64,000 nucleotides of DNA from an uncultured SAR86 cluster bacterium (GTDB lineage Bacteria > Pseudomonadota > Gammaproteobacteria > Magnimaribacterales > D2472), in NCBI GenBank assembly GCA_902579825.1, contig CACHII010000001.1, positions 76,832 to 140,831 on the forward strand. Direction: 5' to 3'. Below are positions 48,804 to 57,827 of the stretch, in pieces (the stretch's first letter is position 1; each line of letters starts with the position of its first letter). Below the pieces are notes generated by a model. The model saw nothing but the letters and a program-made list of their open reading frames with translations. It searched no databases and was not told where the DNA came from. Both the position numbers and the translations under genes were made by a program.

Positions 48804-49898
48804 TTAACTAGTAAATTTTTTAAGATGATAATCCGCATTTCCAAAAAGCGCATCTATTGTAATCATTTTTTTAAGATAATGACCTATCATCATTTCCTCA
48901 CTTACTCCCATACCACCATGTAGCTGAACAGCTTCTTTTGCTGAAAGCTTACCTGATTTACCGATATAAGATTTTAATGCAGAAACATGTTTATACATTT
49001 CATCAGAATTATTATTTACTTCAAGCATAGCTTTAATTAATAAAGATTTTGCTAATTCAGATTCTATGTACATATCTACCATTCTGTGCTGAAGCACCTG
49101 AAAGTTAGAAATTGGTTGCCCAAATTGTTCTCTTCCTTTTGTATACTCTAAAGTTTTAAAATAGCATGATTCCATGCAACCAACTGCTTCAGCACAAATG
49201 CATAAAGTAGCTAAGTTAATTGTTTGTTTTAAAAGATTGATGGCTTTGTCACCTAAAGCAATAATATTAGATTCATCTAATTTAACTCTTTCAAAAGAGA
49301 TCTCTGCGCATGATTGACCATCAACAGTTGAAAAAGAATTAACTGAAACTCCAGGTGTTTTTGAATCTACTATTACAATGCATAGTGAATCATCTTTTGA
49401 ACAAGTTATTATTAATTTTTCTGAATTAGATCCATTCAAAACCAAAGTTTTAGTTCCATTTAATATGAAACTAGTATCTAAAGTTGTATTCGGATTTTGA
49501 TAATCATATCCTGATTCAGGTTCTGCATATCCAAGGGATATGTGTAATTCGCCTGAACAAATTTTTTCAATTAAATCATTTCTTCCAGTATATATTGAAT
49601 TATCTAATAAAGTTCCAGATAAAACTACAGTTGATAAGTATGGTTCAATTACAAGAGCTTTTCCAAATTCTTCAAATAATATTGACAGTTCAATGGGACC
49701 AAAACCTAAACCGCCAGATTGTTCAGAAAATGGCATTGAGAGCCATCCTTGTTCAGCAAAAAGTTTCCAGACATTTTGATCAAAATCAGCAGATGATTTT
49801 ACGACATCTTCCCTTTTATAAAAATCATATTCAGTTTCACAGAATTTTTGAATCTGTTCACGAAGCATATTTTGTTCATCGTTATAATCTAAATTCAT
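48804..49898 (-). CDS. Acyl-CoA dehydrogenase family protein, small subunit-like (PimD-like?)
   Basis: 364 aa with the ACAD fold (N-terminal helical, middle beta and C-terminal helical regions, HGGMGVSEE). It starts 3 nt after the upstream ACAD gene stops. Confidence 0.75.
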   Translation of the reverse strand: MNLDYNDEQNMLREQIQKFCETEYDFYKREDVVKSSADFDQNVWKLFAEQGWLSMPFSEQSGGLGFGPIELSILFEEFGKALVIEPYLSTVVLSGTLLDNSIYTGRNDLIEKICSGELHISLGYAEPESGYDYQNPNTTLDTSFILNGTKTLVLNGSNSEKLIITCSKDDSLCIVIVDSKTPGVSVNSFSTVDGQSCAEISFERVKLDESNIIALGDKAINLLKQTINLATLCICAEAVGCMESCYFKTLEYTKGREQFGQPISNFQVLQHRMVDMYIESELAKSLLIKAMLEVNNNSDEMYKHVSALKSYIGKSGKLSAKEAVQLHGGMGVSEEMMIGHYLKKMITIDALFGNADYHLKKFTS

Positions 49899-49901
49899 TA
49901 A

Positions 49902-51083
49902 TTAGACGCCTAAAACATATTTAGACAAAATATTTTTCTGGATTTCATTACTTCCACCATAAATAGAAGTTTTTCTTAAATTTAAAAATGCAGATAAACC
50001 TTCAGCAGCGTAATCTGGTCCAGCTGGTTTAGCATTATTTTCATAACCATGAGGTCCAGGATACATTAATGCATATTCGCCAGATGCTTCAACAAAAAGT
50101 TCAGACAGTGATTGTTGCATCTCGGTTCCTTTAATTTTTAAGATAGATGACTCAGCACCAGGATGACCTCCATTCTCAAGTGCTGATAATAATCTTAATT
50201 CAGTAATTTCAATTGCTGATAGCGCAACTTCAAGTTCGTTGACTTTTTTTTGTAAATCATGATTATCTAGTTTAGAAATTATCTCTTTTAGTCTGTTAAG
50301 TTGTCTCATTGAAGCACCTACACCAGCAATACCAAATCTTTCATGTGCAAGTAAAAATTTTGCATATGTCCATCCTTTTCCTTCCTCACCTATAAGATTT
50401 TTTGCAGGAACTTTAACATCCGTAAAAAATACAGAATTTACTTCATGATCTCCATCTATGGTGATAATAGGCTTTACTTCAATGCCAGGAGATTTCATAT
50501 CTATTAAGAGAAATGATATACCTTCTTGTTTGATACCACTGTTATCTGTTCTTACTAAACAAAAAATCCAATCTGCATTTTGAGCAAGAGTAGTCCATGT
50601 TTTAGATCCATTTACAACGTAATAATCTTCATCTAGATCATTTCTTAGAACTGCCTTAGTTTTTAACGAAGCAAGATCAGAACCAGATCCTGGTTCAGAG
50701 TAACCTTGACACCACCAGGCATTAAAATTAAGAATATCAGGTAAAAATCTTTTCTTTTGTTCGTCGTTTCCAAATGTATAAATTACAGGACCAACCATGC
50801 CAACTCCAAAAGGAAGTATTGGAGGACATCCAGCTAAACCAAGTTCTTTATTAAAAATATACAACTTAGATGCTGACCATCCAGTACCACCATATTCTAC
50901 AGGCCAGTTATAGCCCATCCAACCCTTTTTTGATAAAGCCTTATGAAAATCTATTAGATCATCTTTGTTGATATTAATTCCTTTATCAGTTTTTTCTTTA
51001 ACATGCTTTGGATAATCATTTGAAAGCCAATCTCTCACCTCTTCTCTAAAAGCAATATCTTCTTTACTAAAGTTAATGTTCAT
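49902..51083 (-). CDS. Acyl-CoA dehydrogenase family protein, large subunit-like (PimC-like?)
   Basis: 393 aa with WCQGYSEPGSGSDLASLKTKA, VVNGSKTWTT and YGGSNEIQKNIL. Confidence 0.8.
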   Translation of the reverse strand: MNINFSKEDIAFREEVRDWLSNDYPKHVKEKTDKGININKDDLIDFHKALSKKGWMGYNWPVEYGGTGWSASKLYIFNKELGLAGCPPILPFGVGMVGPVIYTFGNDEQKKRFLPDILNFNAWWCQGYSEPGSGSDLASLKTKAVLRNDLDEDYYVVNGSKTWTTLAQNADWIFCLVRTDNSGIKQEGISFLLIDMKSPGIEVKPIITIDGDHEVNSVFFTDVKVPAKNLIGEEGKGWTYAKFLLAHERFGIAGVGASMRQLNRLKEIISKLDNHDLQKKVNELEVALSAIEITELRLLSALENGGHPGAESSILKIKGTEMQQSLSELFVEASGEYALMYPGPHGYENNAKPAGPDYAAEGLSAFLNLRKTSIYGGSNEIQKNILSKYVLGV

Positions 51084-51142
51084 TTTTTCCTTTTAAAATT
51101 TAAATTGATTGTTAGAATATGGCGACCATTATACACAACTAA

Positions 51143-54100
51143 ATGCTCAAAAAAAAACAAAATTGTAATAGAAATTATTCTTACAGTATCAAAAAATATT
51201 TTGAAGAACACGATGAATCTTTATGCATACTTGCAAAAGATAATAATGAAGCAAAATATCTTTTTAATGAACTTGGATTATTTATTGATAATGATTTGAT
51301 ATGCTACTTTCCAGATAATGAGCTGCTACCTTATGATCATTTTTCAATTCCTGAGTCATTGATAAAAAAAAGATTTAAAATCATTAACTCAAATATAGAA
51401 AATAAACATATTATTGTTAGTTCTATTAAAAATCTTTTCGAAAGATTCCCTTCAAAAGAACTTTTTAATTCAATTAAAACTTATAAAATTGGATCAGATC
51501 TTGCATTAAATGAAATTGTAAAAATTGTTGATGAATTAAATTATAAAAAAAAATCAAACGTTGAAAACTTAAATGAATACTCACTCCGTGGAGGTATTAT
51601 TGATATTTTTACTCCTGTATATACAAATCCACTAAGGATAGAAATTTTTAATGAAAGAATAGAATCTATAAGGTTTTTTGATGTAAAAACTCAACTATCA
51701 ATTGAATTTATTGAAAGCTTTTCACTATCAAGAGGAAATTTACTCTTTAATAACAAGGCTTATGTTGATGAATTTATAGCTAATTGGAGAGAATATTTTC
51801 AAAATTTTGACGAGAGATATTGCGATTTATTTCAAAAAATAAAACGTGGGGAAACTCCAGAAGGTATTGAAATTTATTTTCCTTTTTTCTTTAAAAATAC
51901 TATAAGTTTCAACAAATTATTTAAAAATTATGATTTTATTGTAACTGATAATTTTAGTAATTATCTTGATTCATATTATAAATTTATATATGAAAGATAT
52001 GACGAAGAAAATAATGATATAAATAGGCCACTCATAAGTCCTGAAGATTTGTTTTCTTCAAAAGACGAGATAAAAACTACTTTATTAAATGCAAAAAAAA
52101 TAAGTGCTAAAAATTTAAAGTATCAATTCAACAAATTTTCTGATTTAGAAAGTTCAATCCAGAATCTTGAACTTGAAGAGAATATTAAAATTAATATTAC
52201 ATCATCTATTGAAACTGAATATCAAAAACTTAAAAAAAAATATTCAAGTACATCAGATTATATAAATGATAAATATGAAATTTCAGTTATTAAAACTGAT
52301 CCAATTAGAAATTTATTTAATGAAACAAATAATGAATACTATTTTCATAAAGAATATATAGATAAAGGTATCTACAACATAGGTTCTAATAAAGAAGTTA
52401 AATTAAATTCATCAACATATTCTCAAAGTATTTTTACTAATGGTGAATATGTAGTTCATGAAGACTATGGTTTAGGTATTTACTCAGGTTTAGAAGTAAT
52501 TGACATTAACAATACTCACAATGAGTATCTAAAAATTATTTATTTAAATGATGAAAAATTATATGTGCCACTAAGAAATATTGAAAAAATATCTTCTTAT
52601 CATCAAAAGGTTGAGGATAAAGAATTAATTTTAGATTCTTTGTCATCAGTTAAATGGAAATCTAGAAAAACTAAAGCAAAAAAAAGAGCTTTTGATCATG
52701 CTGCTGAGATATTAGATGTTGAATCAAGAAGATTAGAAGCGTATTCATCTGTTTTAAAGATTGATGATGAGTCATTTCAAAAATTTAATGATGATTTTCC
52801 ATATATAGAAACGCCAGATCAATTAATAGCAATTAATTCAATTAGAAATGATATTAAATTAATCAAACCAATGAATAGAGTTTTATGTGGTGATGTCGGT
52901 TTTGGTAAGACCGAAGTTGCAATGAGATCTAGTTATATTTCAGCTTTTTCTAATAAACAAGTGATCATAATTACACCTAGTACTGTTCTTTGTGATCAAC
53001 ACAACAATTCTTTTTTAAAAAGATTTGAAAATTTTCCAATTTCTCTTGCTAAATTGAATAGGCATACAAGTATAAAAGCAAAAGAAAAAATTGTTGATGA
53101 CTTTAACAATAAAAAAATAGATATATTGATAACGACACACATAGTTTTTAATAACGATATAGATTTCTCTAATGTTGGTCTTTTGATAATTGATGAAGAA
53201 CATAAATTTGGTATCAAACAAAAGAATTACATTAAAGATAAACAAGAAAATCTACATATTTTGTATTTATCTGCAACTCCAATACCTCGAACAATGAATA
53301 TGGTTTTTTCTGGATTAAAGGACTTTTCGTTTTTACAAACTGCTCCATCAAATAGAATTAACATCAAGTCGTTTTTAAAAGTTCATACAACGCAACTAAT
53401 TAAAGAAGCCTTAAATCGTGAAAAGTTAAGAGGCGGCCAATGTTTTATTCTACAAAATGACATTGGAAAAATGGAATCATTAAAGAATGAAATTGAAAGA
53501 ATTATACCAGAATACAAAGTTGGAATTGCAAATGGTAAATTGAAAAAAAATGAAATAAGACAAGTTATGAATGATTTTATAAATGGTGAATTAGATGGTC
53601 TTATTTGTACCACAATTGTCGAAATGGGTTTGGATATCCCTAATGCTAACACTATGATAATAATTAACTCACATAAATTAGGTCTATCTCAGTTGCATCA
53701 ACTAAGAGGAAGGGTTGGTAGGTCAGTAAAACAAGGCTATTGTTATTTTTTAATCCCAACAAGCGATATACCTAATAGCTCAAAAGCTAGATTAAACTCT
53801 ATCATTAAATATTCTAAATTAGGTGAAGGATTTTTAATTGCTCAACAAGATTTAGACTTAAGGGGTGGTGGTGAAGTACTGGGAGAAAGACAAAGTGGTC
53901 ATATAAATGACATAGGGATAACTTTATATTTATCTATGCTAAAAGAAGCATTGAATATAAATAACTCATCTGAGTATAAAGATCATTTATGTGAAGTAAA
54001 TTTTTATGATTCAGCTTATATTGATGCAAACTATCTTCCCTCTCCAACAGAAAGATTAAAAATTTATAAAAAGATACAAATGACAAGCGACAACAGAAAA

Positions 54101-54421
54101 TTACATGAAATAAAACAAAATTTAATTGATAGATGTGGCAAAATGCCTGTCGAGTCATTGAACTTGCTAAATAACAAAAAAATACAAAATCGAATTTTAA
54201 AAACAGGCATAAAAAGTATCAAATCTTATGAGGACAGAACAAACTTTATGCTTTCAACTAAATTAAAAGATTCTATTCTTGATAACTTACTTAATCTCAT
54301 TTCTAAGGATCCTGAAAGATTCTCTTTAAATAAAGATAATAAATTTATTCATAAATTTATTGAGGTTGATGCAAATAAAAGAAGAAATAATGTTAATCTG
54401 TTGCTAGATGAAATACTTTAA
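51143..54421 (+). CDS. mfd: Transcription-repair coupling factor
   Basis: 1092 aa with Walker A GDVGFGKTEVA, IIDEEHKFG, helicase motif VI QLRGRVGRS, and a CarD-like region (GEYVVHEDYGLGIY). Confidence 0.92.
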   Translation: MLKKKQNCNRNYSYSIKKYFEEHDESLCILAKDNNEAKYLFNELGLFIDNDLICYFPDNELLPYDHFSIPESLIKKRFKIINSNIENKHIIVSSIKNLFERFPSKELFNSIKTYKIGSDLALNEIVKIVDELNYKKKSNVENLNEYSLRGGIIDIFTPVYTNPLRIEIFNERIESIRFFDVKTQLSIEFIESFSLSRGNLLFNNKAYVDEFIANWREYFQNFDERYCDLFQKIKRGETPEGIEIYFPFFFKNTISFNKLFKNYDFIVTDNFSNYLDSYYKFIYERYDEENNDINRPLISPEDLFSSKDEIKTTLLNAKKISAKNLKYQFNKFSDLESSIQNLELEENIKINITSSIETEYQKLKKKYSSTSDYINDKYEISVIKTDPIRNLFNETNNEYYFHKEYIDKGIYNIGSNKEVKLNSSTYSQSIFTNGEYVVHEDYGLGIYSGLEVIDINNTHNEYLKIIYLNDEKLYVPLRNIEKISSYHQKVEDKELILDSLSSVKWKSRKTKAKKRAFDHAAEILDVESRRLEAYSSVLKIDDESFQKFNDDFPYIETPDQLIAINSIRNDIKLIKPMNRVLCGDVGFGKTEVAMRSSYISAFSNKQVIIITPSTVLCDQHNNSFLKRFENFPISLAKLNRHTSIKAKEKIVDDFNNKKIDILITTHIVFNNDIDFSNVGLLIIDEEHKFGIKQKNYIKDKQENLHILYLSATPIPRTMNMVFSGLKDFSFLQTAPSNRINIKSFLKVHTTQLIKEALNREKLRGGQCFILQNDIGKMESLKNEIERIIPEYKVGIANGKLKKNEIRQVMNDFINGELDGLICTTIVEMGLDIPNANTMIIINSHKLGLSQLHQLRGRVGRSVKQGYCYFLIPTSDIPNSSKARLNSIIKYSKLGEGFLIAQQDLDLRGGGEVLGERQSGHINDIGITLYLSMLKEALNINNSSEYKDHLCEVNFYDSAYIDANYLPSPTERLKIYKKIQMTSDNRKLHEIKQNLIDRCGKMPVESLNLLNNKKIQNRILKTGIKSIKSYEDRTNFMLSTKLKDSILDNLLNLISKDPERFSLNKDNKFIHKFIEVDANKRRNNVNLLLDEIL

Positions 54422-55049
54422 GTTTAGCTTAATAATTATTCTTTTAAGTTTTCAACATCTTAAAGCTGAGAATAATGACGAATATAAAATTGAAATAGTA
54501 ATTTTTAATTTTAATACTATTTTGACTGATGAGACGTTTTATACAAACCTTAATAAACCTGATATTAATGAAACAATTGAATTTTATGATACTGACTTAA
54601 TAAATAATGTTTCAAGGTATAGCAAGTTTGAAAACGTCTCTAGATATATCTCAAAAATAATTAAACAAGAATACGATATAGCAAAATCTATATATCCTTC
54701 TACTTGGTATAGAGAATCTGATAAATTAAACATTTTACAAAATTTTACAAACAATATTTCAGATGATAATAATTTAAAACTTCTTGGACATCATTCATGG
54801 ATTCAGAATATTCCTGAATATAACAAATCAAAATACTTACGATTTAAAAATGATGATCTTGATTATGGATTTTATTTAAAACTTTATAAAAAAAGATTTT
54901 TACATTTAGATCTTAAAACATTTATAAATCAAAAAGGAAATAATGATATAAAAATTTTTATTGACAAGGAACACAGAGTTTTTAATGAAGAAATTTATCT
55001 ATTTGATCATCCTGAATTTGGAATTCTATTCTCAATATATAAAATCTAG
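54408..55049 (+). CDS. Secreted protein, possibly CsiV-like (peptidoglycan-binding, DUF2803)
   Basis: 213 aa with a signal peptide and a YKIEIVIFNF start. It overlaps the mfd end by 14 nt. A CsiV-family gene next to mfd is something I recall from Vibrio and Pseudomonas, but this assignment is weak. Confidence 0.35.
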   Translation: MKYFKFSLIIILLSFQHLKAENNDEYKIEIVIFNFNTILTDETFYTNLNKPDINETIEFYDTDLINNVSRYSKFENVSRYISKIIKQEYDIAKSIYPSTWYRESDKLNILQNFTNNISDDNNLKLLGHHSWIQNIPEYNKSKYLRFKNDDLDYGFYLKLYKKRFLHLDLKTFINQKGNNDIKIFIDKEHRVFNEEIYLFDHPEFGILFSIYKI

Positions 55050-55637
55050 TTACTTATAGTAAGCATTATCATCAATAGAATGATCTGTAAGATCTTTAAC
55101 TCCTTTGACTTCAGGAATTTGTTCAGTTAGTGTTTTTTCAATACCATCTTTTAGAGTTACATCAACCATGCCACAGCCCTGACAACCACCACCAAATTGA
55201 AGTATTGCATTATCATCTTTAAATTCAACCAAGCTTACTTCTCCTCCATGAGACTGTAACATTGGATTAATTTCGTTATAGATAACATAATTTATTCTAT
55301 CTTCAACAGGACTATTAGGAGATATATTTGGAATTCTTGCGTTTGGTGCTTTTATTGTCAGCTGACCACCGAATGTATCATTATCAAAATTGACAACACA
55401 ATCCTTTAAAAAAGGAATACTTCTTTTATCAATATTAACGTTTATTGATTCTAGATTGATAATCAAATCATCTGGCATGGCCTCCTCTGGTTTACAATAA
55501 GCAAGACAAGTCTCAGCTTTAGGAGTCCCAGGGTCCGATATGAATATTCTAATAGATAAATCTAGCTCATTTTTATCTTGTATTAACTTAGCAAGATATT
55601 CTTCAGCTGATTTAGTAATTTTTATTATTTCACTCAT
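55050..55637 (-). CDS. nfuA: Fe/S biogenesis protein NfuA
   Basis: 195 aa with an N-terminal degenerate A-type domain and a C-terminal Nfu domain carrying GGGCQGCG. Confidence 0.9.
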   Translation of the reverse strand: MSEIIKITKSAEEYLAKLIQDKNELDLSIRIFISDPGTPKAETCLAYCKPEEAMPDDLIINLESINVNIDKRSIPFLKDCVVNFDNDTFGGQLTIKAPNARIPNISPNSPVEDRINYVIYNEINPMLQSHGGEVSLVEFKDDNAILQFGGGCQGCGMVDVTLKDGIEKTLTEQIPEVKGVKDLTDHSIDDNAYYK

Positions 55638-55643
55638 TTCTTT

Positions 55644-55817
55644 ATGTGGTTAAATAGAATTATAAGTTCTTTTTTTGGAATAAGAAAAAAATCTGAGCTA
55701 TCCAAAGATTTACAAAATATATCTTTTGGTAAAGTGATTTTATTATTTTTCACTCTTAACTTAATATTTATAGGCATAGTTTTGATTATTACAAGATTTA
55801 TAACTTTAAGTATATGA
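55644..55817 (+). CDS. Candidate 57-aa small membrane protein upstream of trmA (speculative)
   Basis: Hand translation gives MWLNRIISSFFGIRKKSELSKDLQNISFGKVILLFFTLNLIFIGIVLIITRFITLSI, with one clear TM helix. Its TGA overlaps the trmA ATG (ATATGA). It fills an otherwise empty 176-nt gap. No SD is present and no homology is known to me. Confidence 0.25.
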   Translation: MWLNRIISSFFGIRKKSELSKDLQNISFGKVILLFFTLNLIFIGIVLIITRFITLSI

Positions 55818-56821
55818 ATAAATTTAATTTATTTAAACAAGATCTGTCAGAGCTTTACACTAATAAAGTCCCGATAAATCTTAGCCCATCATTATCATTT
55901 AGAAGCAGATGTGAGTTTGGATACTCTAAAAACGCTTACACTATGAACGATTCATCAAAAAAAATCTACTTAAATAAATTTTTATATGCAGATAAGTCAA
56001 TTCAACAACTGATGCCCAAAATGTTAGAAGTAATAAATGAATCTCAGATTATAAAAAATAAACTTTTTCAAATTAACTTTAGGACAAATTCAAATAAAAA
56101 AATTCTTGTAACTCTTGTTTATCACCTAAAAATAGACGAACTACTAATCATAACAATTGAGGAAATCTCAAAACTACTAAATATTGATATTATTATTCGT
56201 TCTAAAAACTTTATGCATGCAACTAAAGATATATATCTTAAAGACAAGTTGGAATATTTAAATCTAGAAATATTTCAGACTGATAATTGTTTTTATCAAC
56301 CAAATAAATTCTTGTTAAATCAAATGATTTCTAAAGTAATTAACTTTATAGAAAATCCAAATGATTTAATAGAGCTATATTGTGGTGTTGGAACTTTCAC
56401 ACTTCCATTATCAAAAATTTTTAAGAATGTATTTGCAACTGAAAATAATAGAAATGCTTTTAAATGTTTATTAAAAGCAATTCAAAGCAACAATGTAGAT
56501 AATATACATGCTGCAAGATTATCATCAGATGAAGTATATGAATTAGAATCCGGGAGAAAATTTAATAGAATGGGTGCTGTATCTATAGATTCATTTAATT
56601 TTAGTCATATTCTCATTGATCCACCAAGGTCTGGACTTACAAATAATGTTATAAATACAATATCTAAATATGATAATATAATTTATATATCATGTAGTCC
56701 TCAGTCCTACCTAAGAGATGTAAAGTTATTAGGTTCGCATGAAATTAAAAAAATTGAGCTTTTTGATCAATTTCCAAATACAGAACATCTAGAAATCATT
56801 TCGTTGTTACAAAAAAAATAA
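55814..56821 (+). CDS. trmA: tRNA (uracil54-C5)-methyltransferase
   Basis: 335 aa with FRSRCEF, the SAM motif LYCGVGTF, DPPRSGL and the catalytic Cys in YISCSP. Confidence 0.85.
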   Translation: MNKFNLFKQDLSELYTNKVPINLSPSLSFRSRCEFGYSKNAYTMNDSSKKIYLNKFLYADKSIQQLMPKMLEVINESQIIKNKLFQINFRTNSNKKILVTLVYHLKIDELLIITIEEISKLLNIDIIIRSKNFMHATKDIYLKDKLEYLNLEIFQTDNCFYQPNKFLLNQMISKVINFIENPNDLIELYCGVGTFTLPLSKIFKNVFATENNRNAFKCLLKAIQSNNVDNIHAARLSSDEVYELESGRKFNRMGAVSIDSFNFSHILIDPPRSGLTNNVINTISKYDNIIYISCSPQSYLRDVKLLGSHEIKKIELFDQFPNTEHLEIISLLQKK

Positions 56822-56828
56822 AATTTAT

Positions 56829-57806
56829 CTAAATTTTTTCATATTCGATCCAGTCAATTAAAAGTCTTTTTTTATCTGGATCATCTGGAAAATTTGAACA
56901 TGCTCCATTATTACAAATTTCATTTGGTTCAACCCTGCCACCATCAAAATTTCCACCGACTGCAACATTAATTATTAAATAATATTGTCTATTAAATGGA
57001 TAATTATATTGATTTAATGGATATAAAGACGGGTCAATTGATAGGTGAGGAGTATTTTCATTGTCAATATAAAAATCTATTTTATTTTCTCGAAATATTA
57101 AAGTCACAGAATGAAAATAGTTTTGAAATGTATTTTCATTTGAAGAATTAAACTCTCCAACTATATATCTGTTATCAGGCCATTGAGTACCAAAATGTAC
57201 TGCAGAACTTACTAAATTTGATTGACCAGGTAAACCATCTATGGGATATGATCTGCCCTTCGCTTCCATTAAATCTATTTCGCCACCGCTTGGCCATGGG
57301 GTTTCATCAAATGGTAACATCCATATGGCAGGCCATAATCCTGTTCCTTCTGGAACTCTAAAACAAACTGTTACTCTACTATTATAATCAAAAGAAAATT
57401 TATCTTTTGTCATTATTTTTGCTGATGTATAGTTTTGTGTAACATTATCAGAACCAGTATTAACTTCATAAATTGGTTGAATTTTTAGTAAGCCATCTTC
57501 AATAAAAAGATTATCTAAATCATTTTCAGTATAGTTTTGATATTCATTATTCCCATTACAACCACCACCATTGTTATTACAACCCTCATCGTAAGACCAT
57601 ACAGATAAATTTAGTTGTTCATTATTAAAATTTTCAACATAATCAGATGTACTTGTCTGAGACACACAATTATCTCTTGATTTACCAGATGGAGGTATAT
57701 AAACATAATCAGTGTTATCAATTATCGGATTATCAAGAAGCGAAGATGAACTACCCCCACCGCAAGAAATTAGAAATAAAAAAGAAATAAATATTAAACT
57801 TTTCAT
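56829..57806 (-). CDS. GH16-family beta-glucanase (laminarinase-like) lipoprotein
   Basis: 325 aa with the lipobox FLISCGGGSSSS. It has NGNNEYQNYT and WPAIWMLP, and the catalytic ExDxxE in GGEIDLMEA. Confidence 0.8.
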   Translation of the reverse strand: MKSLIFISFLFLISCGGGSSSSLLDNPIIDNTDYVYIPPSGKSRDNCVSQTSTSDYVENFNNEQLNLSVWSYDEGCNNNGGGCNGNNEYQNYTENDLDNLFIEDGLLKIQPIYEVNTGSDNVTQNYTSAKIMTKDKFSFDYNSRVTVCFRVPEGTGLWPAIWMLPFDETPWPSGGEIDLMEAKGRSYPIDGLPGQSNLVSSAVHFGTQWPDNRYIVGEFNSSNENTFQNYFHSVTLIFRENKIDFYIDNENTPHLSIDPSLYPLNQYNYPFNRQYYLIINVAVGGNFDGGRVEPNEICNNGACSNFPDDPDKKRLLIDWIEYEKI

Positions 57807-57827
57807 TAATAAAGTAATTAGTGAGAG

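Noticed and set aside
49484-49924. 146-aa and 79-aa plus-strand ORFs lie antisense to the small ACAD gene.
   Set aside because: They lie entirely inside a well-supported minus-strand ACAD gene. Their products are low-complexity (Q, I, L and H rich) with no motifs. This is typical of antisense-frame artefacts.
51105-51299. A 64-aa plus ORF overlaps the mfd start.
   Set aside because: It is out of frame with mfd and low in complexity. The mfd frame from 51143 continues into clear UvrB-like and helicase motifs.
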